From Patescibacteria group bacterium (GTDB taxonomy: Bacteria; Patescibacteriota; Patescibacteriia; UBA1558; GWA2-36-10), in assembly GCA_028718865.1 (NCBI GenBank), contig JAQUKX010000004.1, forward strand, positions 35,753 through 99,752: a DNA stretch of 64,000 nt. The letters are read 5' to 3'. The notes beneath the pieces are model-generated. The model made no database searches and was not told the origin of the DNA. It saw only the letters and a program-made list of their open reading frames with translations. This document shows positions 56,561 to 64,000 of this stretch, piece by piece. Position 1 is the stretch's first letter; every line of letters begins with the position of its first letter. The position numbers and the translations under genes were made by a program.

Positions 56561-57886
56561 ATGAACAACGATCACCCTTCGGGGACGCAACTGGAGCCGA
56601 AAAACTTCCTTTTCGTTTCCTTCGATGCGCTCATCAGCGATGTGGCCTGGCGCGTACTAAAAGAAGGCCACAATGTCAAGTACTTTATCAAACACAAATC
56701 CGTCCAAGATGTTGCCGATGGCTTTGTGCCCAAAACCAATAATTGGGAAAAAGAGCTCAAATGGGCGGATATTGTCGTCTTTGATGATGTCCTGGGCATG
56801 GGTGAAATGGCCGACAAAGTCAGAAAAAAAGGCATCCCAGTAATTGGCGGCACTGCCTACACCGACCGCTTGGAAGACGACCGATCTTTTGGCCAAGAAG
56901 AGCTCAAAAAAGCTGGTATCCCCATAATCCCCTATGAAACCTTCACTGATTTTGACGCGGCCATAGAATACGTCAAAAAAAATGAAAACCGCTATGTGAT
57001 CAAGCCTAGCGGTGAAGCTCAAAATACCAAGCATTTCCTTTTTGTCGGCCAGGAAGAAGACGGCAAAGATGTTGTCCAGATGCTTGAAGCCTACAAAAAA
57101 GTCTGGAGCCAAAAAATAAAAGAATTCCAGCTGCAAAGAAGAGTTTCGGGCGTGGAGGTGGCGGTAGGAGCTTTTTTCAACGGCTACGAATTCGTCTATC
57201 CCCTAAACATCAATTTCGAGCATAAAAAAATGTTTCCGGGCAATATTGGTCCTTCTACCGGTGAAATGGGCACTTCCATGTTCTGGTCCGATCCCAACAA
57301 AATCTTCAACCAGACTCTCAAGAAAATGGAAAATATTCTACGACGAGAAAAATATACTGGCTACATAGACCTCAATTGCATAGTAAATGGCAATGGTATT
57401 TATCCGCTGGAATTCACTGCTCGCTTTGGCTACCCGACCATCCAAATCCAAATGGAAGGCATCCTGATGCCTATTTCCGATTTTCTTTATGAAATAGCTG
57501 TCGGCAAGCTCAAAACCTTCAAAGCCAAAAGCGGCTTTCAGGTAGGCGTCAGGCTAGTAGTGCCCCCTTACCCTTATGGCGCCAAAATAAAAAGCCAGCT
57601 GGCCGAATACAAAGATGCGATTATTATCTTCAAAAAACCCAGTCTAGACGGCGTCCATATTGTAGAAACTAAGCTGTTGAACGACCAATGGGTAGTGACC
57701 GGCGACCATGGCGTTGCTCTGATAGTAGTCGGTACGGGCTCCACTATGAAACAAGCCCAACAGCAAGTTTACAATCGCATCCAAAATATCCTTATACCTA
57801 ATATGTTTTATCGCGATGATATAGGCGAGCGCTGGTACGAAGACAGCGATAAATTGCATAATTGGGGCTACTTAAGAGAAGTATAA
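56561..57886 (+). CDS. PurD-like ATP-grasp ligase (phosphoribosylamine--glycine ligase-like)
   Basis: LEDDR, VIKP, EHKK, GPSTGEMG, LEFTARFGYP, YRDDIG. Confidence 0.8.
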   Translation: MNNDHPSGTQLEPKNFLFVSFDALISDVAWRVLKEGHNVKYFIKHKSVQDVADGFVPKTNNWEKELKWADIVVFDDVLGMGEMADKVRKKGIPVIGGTAYTDRLEDDRSFGQEELKKAGIPIIPYETFTDFDAAIEYVKKNENRYVIKPSGEAQNTKHFLFVGQEEDGKDVVQMLEAYKKVWSQKIKEFQLQRRVSGVEVAVGAFFNGYEFVYPLNINFEHKKMFPGNIGPSTGEMGTSMFWSDPNKIFNQTLKKMENILRREKYTGYIDLNCIVNGNGIYPLEFTARFGYPTIQIQMEGILMPISDFLYEIAVGKLKTFKAKSGFQVGVRLVVPPYPYGAKIKSQLAEYKDAIIIFKKPSLDGVHIVETKLLNDQWVVTGDHGVALIVVGTGSTMKQAQQQVYNRIQNILIPNMFYRDDIGERWYEDSDKLHNWGYLREV

Positions 57887-57903
57887 AATACCCAAAAAAT
57901 CAT

Positions 57904-57932
57904 AAAAATACCCCGCAAAGCGGGGTATTTTT
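57904..57932. terminator. Bidirectional terminator between purD-like gene and dnaJ
   Basis: AAAAATACCCCGC-AAA-GCGGGGTATTTTT. Confidence 0.88.
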
Positions 57933-57940
57933 ATCTAATT

Positions 57941-59071
57941 TTAAAACCAAGCCTTTTTATCAGACTCTTGGGCAAAATCTTCCAAGAGTTTTTTCTGTTT
58001 TTTGGTCAATTTGGTCGGCACAGCCACCTGCACTGTTACTACCTGATCACCGCGACCGCGGGCTTTGAGGCGACCCAGTCCTTGGCCGCGAAGAATAAAT
58101 TTCTTGCCGCTAGGCGTACCGGCCGGAATTTTGAGTTTGACCTCGCCGTCAATGGTTTTGACTTTTATCTGCCCTCCCAAGGCTGCCAAAGTAAAAGGAA
58201 TTTCATATTCACTAAGAAAATCATCCCCTTCTCGGACAAAGCCCTCTTCTTCCATTACATTGACCCGGATATAAAGGTCACCGCTGGCTACGCCGTTTTT
58301 GCCGGCATTACCCCGGCCAGACAAGCGGATGGATTGGCCGTCTTCAATGCCAGCGGGAATTTCTACGGCAATATTCTCTTCTTTATGCTCTACTCCCTGC
58401 CCTTGACACTCTGGGCATTTTTCTTTGATTACTTTTCCCTGCCCGCGACATTCTGGACAAGGAGTCTGAGTACGAAAATTTCCAAAAACCGTGCTGTTGA
58501 TCACGCCACTACCGGCACAAGTCGGGCAAGTAGTAAAAGCTGAACCATCTTTAGCACCGCTACCAGAACAAGCTTGACAGTTGTCGTCTCTTTCAATAGT
58601 AATATCACGTCTGCTACCAAAAGCTGCTTCTTTTAGGCTGATTTCTATTTCTACTTCTAGACTAGCCCCTTTACGGCTACGGCCACCTCTTCCTGAACGA
58701 CTACCGCCAAAAAAACTGTCAAAAATATCACCCAAATCAAAATCAAAATCTACATTACTGGCATTGCCACTAAAATTCCCAAAGCCGGAAAAATCCCAAC
58801 CGCCTTGAGCACCGCGGCCGGCAAAACCCTGGCCAAAAGGATTGGTGCCAGAAGCGGCATCGCCGGCAAAACCAAAACGATCATACTGCTGGCGGCGATC
58901 CTTGTTGCCTAGCACCTGATAAGCTTCGTTTATTTCCTTGAATTTTTCGGCATTACCAGAACCGTTTTTATCCGGATGATACTGATGGGCTAGTTTACGA
59001 AAAGCTTTTTTAACATCAGCTTCTGTAGCGCTCTTGTCCACTCCCAGTATTTTATAATAATCTTTGGCCAT
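57941..59071 (-). CDS. dnaJ: Chaperone DnaJ
   Basis: HPD J-domain, G/F region, four CxxCxGxG repeats. Confidence 0.98.
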   Translation of the reverse strand: MAKDYYKILGVDKSATEADVKKAFRKLAHQYHPDKNGSGNAEKFKEINEAYQVLGNKDRRQQYDRFGFAGDAASGTNPFGQGFAGRGAQGGWDFSGFGNFSGNASNVDFDFDLGDIFDSFFGGSRSGRGGRSRKGASLEVEIEISLKEAAFGSRRDITIERDDNCQACSGSGAKDGSAFTTCPTCAGSGVINSTVFGNFRTQTPCPECRGQGKVIKEKCPECQGQGVEHKEENIAVEIPAGIEDGQSIRLSGRGNAGKNGVASGDLYIRVNVMEEEGFVREGDDFLSEYEIPFTLAALGGQIKVKTIDGEVKLKIPAGTPSGKKFILRGQGLGRLKARGRGDQVVTVQVAVPTKLTKKQKKLLEDFAQESDKKAWF

Positions 59072-59088
59072 TATTTGATAATACTATT

Positions 59089-59445
59089 TTATTTTTTTAA
59101 TTCGGATCTAATTACAGAAACACCAGCAAGAATGAATATTGCGTAAATAACCCAAATATACACATTGTTAATTATTGCAACTACTTGTGTTATTCCAACA
59201 AAAACAAGAGCCGAAGTTAATATTAATCCCATCTTACTTAATCTATGATTTTCAGCAGCCGCTTTTTTATTAGAGTTAATAATACCATCTGATATTTTCT
59301 GTAATGATTTTGACAAATAAAAATTTGAAATTATATTTGCCTGATTTGCTGCTGCTGTATTGGCATAATCTGGAATACTTAAAAATTTTTTTTCATTATC
59401 AGATAATTCCAACTCTTCTACAAGATCGGAAATTACTTTATCCAT
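59089..59445 (-). CDS. Hypothetical protein with C-terminal TMs
   Basis: AT-rich ORF between dnaK and dnaJ. Confidence 0.6.
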   Translation of the reverse strand: MDKVISDLVEELELSDNEKKFLSIPDYANTAAANQANIISNFYLSKSLQKISDGIINSNKKAAAENHRLSKMGLILTSALVFVGITQVVAIINNVYIWVIYAIFILAGVSVIRSELKK

Positions 59446-59499
59446 ATATTTAATTAATATTTACTAAGCAACGCCAACTTGGCGAACATTAGGCTGTTG

Positions 59500-61404
59500 T
59501 TACTTTTTAGCTTCCTCTTTTTTTACTTCTTCAAAATCCCCTTCGACCGGCTCTTTTTTGTCAGCAGACTGAGTATTTTCAGTAGAAGCCGACTGATTTT
59601 CTTGGGCTTGAGACTGATACATAGCTGCGCCAATAGCCTGTACCACTTCCTCCATTTCGGCAATGGCTTTTTTGACGGTTTCTAGATCCTTGTCTTTGAC
59701 CTCTTTCAGATTCTTCATTTTCTCCTCGATTTTTTTCTGATCGTCTTCTTTGATTTTGTCTTTATTGTCTTTGAGGAATTTTTCAGTGCTGTAGATGATA
59801 TTATCAGCGCTATTTCTCACTTCCACTTCTTCTTTTTTCTTTTTGTCCTCTTCCGCGTGCACTTCCGCGTCCTTGGTCATCTTTTGCACTTCTTCATCTG
59901 ACAAACCAGAAGAAGACTTGATAGTGATGGACTGCTGTTTGCTGGTGGCTTTGTCCAAGGCTTTGACATTCAAGATGCCATTGGCGTCAATATCAAAAGT
60001 GACTTCAATTTGCGGCACGCCGCGCGGAGCTGGCGGAATACCGTCTAGGATAAAGCGTCCCAATGACTTGTTGTCAGCGGCCATTGGTCTTTCACCCTGC
60101 AAAACATTGATTTCTACTGATGGCTGATTATCGGAAAAAGTGGAAAAAATCTGACTCTTGGAAGTCGGGATAGTAGTATTTCTCGCTATCATGGCTGTAG
60201 CTACGCTGCCGGCAGTTTCAATAGCAAGTGTCAAAGGCGTAACATCCAAAAGCAAAACATCCTTGACATCGCCCTGCAACACTCCGGCCTGCACTGCCGC
60301 TCCCATAGCCACTACTTCATCTGGATTGACCGAGATATTGGGCTTTTTGCCGAAAAACTCCTCTACTTTTTTCTGCACCAAAGGCATTCTGGTCATACCG
60401 CCGACCAAAACCACTTCTTCAATATCTTTGGCTTCCAAATTGGCGTCTTTGAGAGCTTGACGGCAGGGCTCTAGAGTTTTTTCCACCAAATCACCGACCA
60501 GTTCTTCCAGCTTGGCTCTGGTCATTTTCATTACCAAGTGCTTGGGACCGGAAGCGTCAGTAGTGATAAAAGGCTGATTGATTTCTGTTTCCATAGAAGA
60601 AGATAACTCCATTTTGGCTTTCTCAGCCGACTCTTTGAGGCGTTGCAAGGCCAAAGGGTCTTTGGACAGATCTATGCCTTCCTGTTTTTTGTATTCATCT
60701 GCTATCCAATTGATTATTTTCTGGTCAAAATCATCACCGCCCAGATGAGTATCGCCGTTGGTGGATTTTACTTCCACAGTATCGGCGGAAACATCCAAAA
60801 TAGAAATATCAAAAGTACCGCCGCCCAGGTCATAGACAGCGATTTGCTGATCTTTTTTCTTATCAAAGCCATAAGCCAGAGCTGCAGCTGTGGGCTCATT
60901 GATAATGCGCTTGACTTCCAAGCCGGCGATTTGACCGGCATCCTTGGTGGCTTGGCGCTGGCTGTCGTCGAAATAAGCCGGTACAGTAATAACTGCTTCT
61001 TTGACTTCTTCGCCTAGTCTTTCTTCAGTATCAGCTTTTATTTTTTGCAAAATCATAGCTGATATTTCTTGAGGAGTATAATCTTTGTCGCCCATCTTGA
61101 CTTTGACGCCGTCGCCGGATTGCACTATTTCATAAGGCACACTGGCCGTGTCTTTTTTTATTTCTGCATCACTGAAACGGCGGCCAATAAGTCGCTTGAC
61201 CGAAAAAATAGTATTTTTGGGATTGGTGACAGCTTGGCGCTTGGCCGGCAAGCCGACTAGACGCTCATTGTTTTTGGAAACAGCCACAATAGAAGGAGTG
61301 GTGCGATTACCTTCTTTATTTTCCAAAATCTTCGGCTTGCCGCCTTCTATGACTGCTACCGCCGAATTGGTCGTTCCCAGGTCTATTCCGATTATTTTTG
61401 GCAT
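59500..61404 (-). CDS. dnaK: Chaperone DnaK
   Basis: [30 protein letters not shown]. Confidence 0.99.
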   Translation of the reverse strand: MPKIIGIDLGTTNSAVAVIEGGKPKILENKEGNRTTPSIVAVSKNNERLVGLPAKRQAVTNPKNTIFSVKRLIGRRFSDAEIKKDTASVPYEIVQSGDGVKVKMGDKDYTPQEISAMILQKIKADTEERLGEEVKEAVITVPAYFDDSQRQATKDAGQIAGLEVKRIINEPTAAALAYGFDKKKDQQIAVYDLGGGTFDISILDVSADTVEVKSTNGDTHLGGDDFDQKIINWIADEYKKQEGIDLSKDPLALQRLKESAEKAKMELSSSMETEINQPFITTDASGPKHLVMKMTRAKLEELVGDLVEKTLEPCRQALKDANLEAKDIEEVVLVGGMTRMPLVQKKVEEFFGKKPNISVNPDEVVAMGAAVQAGVLQGDVKDVLLLDVTPLTLAIETAGSVATAMIARNTTIPTSKSQIFSTFSDNQPSVEINVLQGERPMAADNKSLGRFILDGIPPAPRGVPQIEVTFDIDANGILNVKALDKATSKQQSITIKSSSGLSDEEVQKMTKDAEVHAEEDKKKKEEVEVRNSADNIIYSTEKFLKDNKDKIKEDDQKKIEEKMKNLKEVKDKDLETVKKAIAEMEEVVQAIGAAMYQSQAQENQSASTENTQSADKKEPVEGDFEEVKKEEAKK

Positions 61405-61410
61405 AATTGT

Positions 61411-61746
61411 TTATATTAATTTCTTTAAACTGCTGATTAATTCTTTTTTGCTGATAAGCTGATAGAGAGACAGGACATCATCCGCCCTCAAATCATCGCC
61501 GGCGGCAAATTCCAGCACTTCCTGGGGCTGTAAGTCGGTCAAAATAGCATTGCCGATAAGCCCTTGAGGCAAGGCAGCGAACTTGGTCAGCAGATTTGCC
61601 CCGCAAGATTGGCAACTAGCATAAGTGAGCGCCCCCAGCTCAGACTCATCCAAAATCTGAATCTCGTTTTGCCGATACTCAATGTTGCAAATCGGGCATT
61701 GCCTGATAAGCCGCAGATTTTGGGAAGAGTTAAAATTATTTAACAT
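61411..61746 (-). CDS. Zinc-ribbon hypothetical protein
   Basis: CPIC...CQSC, LTDL...E. Confidence 0.7.
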   Translation of the reverse strand: MLNNFNSSQNLRLIRQCPICNIEYRQNEIQILDESELGALTYASCQSCGANLLTKFAALPQGLIGNAILTDLQPQEVLEFAAGDDLRADDVLSLYQLISKKELISSLKKLI

Positions 61747-61755
61747 TATTTTAAT

Positions 61756-62154
61756 TTATTTTTTATTGATATCAATTTTAATGCTCTTGGTTTTGGCTTT
61801 TTCTTCTTTGGGCATAACGATTTTTAGCAAACCGTTTTCAAAAGTAGCCTTGGCCTTGTCAGCTGTCACGGAAGCCGGCAATACCAGCGAGCGGTGGAAA
61901 GAACCGCTTCTGACTTCTTTGCGATAATAATTCTTTTCTTCTATTTCACTAGAGCTTTCTCTTTGGCCTTCGATAGTTAAGACATCTTCGTGGATTTTGA
62001 TATCCACATTTTCCGGCTTAATACCGGCCAGAGTCGCCTCCACCACTACATTATCATTTTCCTCATAGATATCTATGGCGGGCACAAAATTGGAAAAATT
62101 CTTTTCCAAAGCGTCAAAAGTGTCTAAAAATGGTGTCCATGGTATAAGTGACAT
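61756..62154 (-). CDS. Hsp20/alpha-crystallin small heat-shock protein
   Basis: PAIDIYE, GSFHRS..LP, ATFENGLLKI; SD AAGGAG. Confidence 0.94.
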   Translation of the reverse strand: MSLIPWTPFLDTFDALEKNFSNFVPAIDIYEENDNVVVEATLAGIKPENVDIKIHEDVLTIEGQRESSSEIEEKNYYRKEVRSGSFHRSLVLPASVTADKAKATFENGLLKIVMPKEEKAKTKSIKIDINKK

Positions 62155-62242
62155 AATATTTCTCCTTTCTATTATCTTTGGCCGGGGCTTCTCTTTAGGA
62201 AGAACAGCCAAAAGATTTTTTATATTTTTATTATTAATTTAA

Positions 62243-62737
62243 TTAATTATCTTTTTGATTATTAATGATGACTTTGGCCGGTCGTATCAGCCTGTCTTTG
62301 AGCCGGTAACCAGTCTGTTTTTCCTCTACTATTTCCTGATCAGCCTTGCTTTCATCACTTACTTGGCCGACCGACTCATGCCGCTGGGGATCAAATTGCT
62401 CACCAATGGCTTTTATTTTTACTATTTCCTGATCAGCCAAAAATGACTCCCACATTTTCAAGATATGCTCCAAGCCCATAGCCCACTGCTCTTTTCTCTG
62501 TTCTTGAGGAATATGCTCCATTGCCAGCCGATAATTGTCAAAAATTGGCAAAAGCTGAAGAATATAGGAGCTACTGATAAAATCGCTCAAGTCGGCAATT
62601 TTTTTGTCGGTTTCTCTTTGCAGATTCTGATAGTCAGCCAGAGCTTTTTGCCAGCCCAAGAGATTCTGGGCAGCTTTGGTCTCTAGTTCATCTAATTTTT
62701 TATCTTTCTTGTTTTTGTCTTTTTCTCTACTGGACAT
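62243..62737 (-). CDS. grpE: Nucleotide exchange factor GrpE
   Basis: ALADYQN, FDPQRHE, GY....RLIRPAKV. Confidence 0.94.
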   Translation of the reverse strand: MSSREKDKNKKDKKLDELETKAAQNLLGWQKALADYQNLQRETDKKIADLSDFISSSYILQLLPIFDNYRLAMEHIPQEQRKEQWAMGLEHILKMWESFLADQEIVKIKAIGEQFDPQRHESVGQVSDESKADQEIVEEKQTGYRLKDRLIRPAKVIINNQKDN

Positions 62738-62762
62738 TTTTTCTACTATTGCTTATTAATGA

Positions 62763-63422
62763 TTATTTGGCGATATTGATAGTTTCTTCCAAAATTCCCA
62801 AGACCCGATTATAATCCATGCGCAAGGGTCCCAGTATTGCCAGTAATCTATCTTGAGAAAGCGGAGCAATAGCTACTGAACAATCCGGGCTAAAAGGATT
62901 ATCCTGGCCCAACAAAACTTCTGGCTTGCTTATTTTAAGGTAAATATCAGCCATAGCTATTTCTAGAGTATCCACTACCTGGCTCATAGACAAAACCATT
63001 TTATAATCTTCAAATTCTGGCTGGGAAAAAAGATTGAACAAACCGGTAAAGTAAAAGCTGCTGGGGCCAAAACCGACCAGAGTTGCCAAATTGGTTTTTT
63101 CCACTATCAGCTTGGCCAAATCGCGCAGGTCTTTTTGATAAGCTAGCGCCAGTTCTTTTTTTTCTTGAGCTGGCGGTCGTTTGACTGACAAAAGCCCGTC
63201 CAAATAGTAGCGATAGCCGGCAGCTGTTGGCAGTCGGCCAGCCGAAGTATGCGGCTGGGTAATATAACCGGCTTGCTCCAGCTCGTTCATTTCATTTCTA
63301 ATGGTAGCTGGTGAAAGATCAAACTGTCCGCTCTCAGACAATATCTTTGAGCCGACCGGCCCGGCGGTTTTGATGTGGATTTCTACAATTGCCTTCAATA
63401 ATTCTTCGCTCCTTTTTTCCAT
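62763..63422 (-). CDS. hrcA: Heat-inducible repressor HrcA (short form)
   Basis: PVGSK, SPATIRNEM, QPHTSAGRLPT, GPLRMDY. Confidence 0.93.
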   Translation of the reverse strand: MEKRSEELLKAIVEIHIKTAGPVGSKILSESGQFDLSPATIRNEMNELEQAGYITQPHTSAGRLPTAAGYRYYLDGLLSVKRPPAQEKKELALAYQKDLRDLAKLIVEKTNLATLVGFGPSSFYFTGLFNLFSQPEFEDYKMVLSMSQVVDTLEIAMADIYLKISKPEVLLGQDNPFSPDCSVAIAPLSQDRLLAILGPLRMDYNRVLGILEETINIAK

Positions 63423-63441
63423 AGATACATTATAAACTAAA

Positions 63442-63468
63442 TTAGCACTCTAAGTCAAGGAGTGCTAA
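63442..63468. promoter_or_regulatory. CIRCE element overlapping hrcA -35 box
   Basis: Perfect TTAGCACTC-N9-GAGTGCTAA. Confidence 0.97.
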
Positions 63469-63513
63469 TAACTATCTTTATTTATTTATTTTTTAGCCAA
63501 TTTTAGCAAAAAA

Positions 63514-64000
63514 TTATTCTTTACGCAAAGCGCTTATCGGATCCAAATCAGCGGCTTTTTTGGCCGGATAAATGCCGAAGATCAAACCAACGGCAATAGA
63601 AAAAGATAAGGCCACCATAATGCCGACCAAAGAAAAGGACAGGCTCCAATCAAAACCATAATTTTGAGCTACAAAATAAAGACCATAAATCATAATCAGA
63701 CCCAAAGACAAACCCAAAAAGCCGCCTAGTATTGTGATGATTATGGCTTCAAACAAAAATTGTTGCAAAATGGCTTTTTTGCTGGCGCCAATGGATTTTC
63801 TCAGACCGATTTCAAAAGTTCTCTCAGCCACGCTAGCATACATTATATTCATAATCCCCACTCCGCCAACTATCAGAGAAACTCCGGCCAAAGCCAAAAG
63901 CAAAATAGTCACGCCGCCGATAACCGTGCCCAGCATATCTTGAGCCTGATCCATAGACATCACTTCAAAATCATCTCTGTCCGGATTGGTGATGCCATGA
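63514..64000 (-). CDS. MacB/FtsX-like ABC permease, C-terminal part
   Basis: GGVGIMNIM..SV.ERT.EIGLRK, PAKKAA.LDPI.ALR.E. Confidence 0.92.
   Translation of the reverse strand, partial: HGITNPDRDDFEVMSMDQAQDMLGTVIGGVTILLLALAGVSLIVGGVGIMNIMYASVAERTFEIGLRKSIGASKKAILQQFLFEAIIITILGGFLGLSLGLIMIYGLYFVAQNYGFDWSLSFSLVGIMVALSFSIAVGLIFGIYPAKKAADLDPISALRKE

Noticed and set aside
419-63943. Many 60-220 aa ORFs antisense to or overlapping well-identified genes (e.g. 19790-20443, 57968-58543, 3419-3922)
   Set aside because: Shadow frames of real genes with no motifs or translation signals.
1-64000. Alternative genetic code (UGA=Gly as in Gracilibacteria/Absconditabacteria)
   Set aside because: Core genes are full length under code 11 and several end in TGA with ATGA overlaps.

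Overview
AT-rich bacterial window read with code 11 (tRNA-Trp CCA; TGA acts as stop). Gene content and style suggest a Patescibacteria/CPR (Parcubacteria-like) genome; this is inference, not a database result. Most of it is housekeeping on the minus strand. It holds the end of the ribosomal/alpha operon (infA-rpmJ-rpsM-rpsK-rpsD-rpoA-rplQ-rplM-rpsI), a dcw block (mraY-murD-ftsW-murG-murC-murB), and a long surface-glycan cluster. It also holds an S8 protease, an OLD-family nuclease, HU, metK with a SAM-I riboswitch, uvrB-uvrA-uvrC, rlmN, a ferric reductase/cupredoxin/PQQ-dehydrogenase group, tRNA-Thr/rpmG/tRNA-Trp, an orphan PurD-like ligase, and a CIRCE-controlled hrcA-grpE-hsp20-dnaK-dnaJ operon. 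The most striking unexplained region is 36.2-37.8 kb: two tandem transcription units, each built as promoter -> amino-acid-rich leader peptide (Phe-rich; Ile/Val/Leu-rich) -> attenuator hairpins -> small, mostly Cys-rich orphan ORFs with strong SD -> terminator. This looks like ribosome-mediated amino-acid attenuation wired to unknown microproteins rather than to biosynthesis genes. Other points: short palindromic elements inserted in-frame in genes, in the riboswitch and in a tRNA fragment; an RpoA without its C-terminal domain; and a recurring leaderless promoter pattern (-10 box, 6 nt, ATG).
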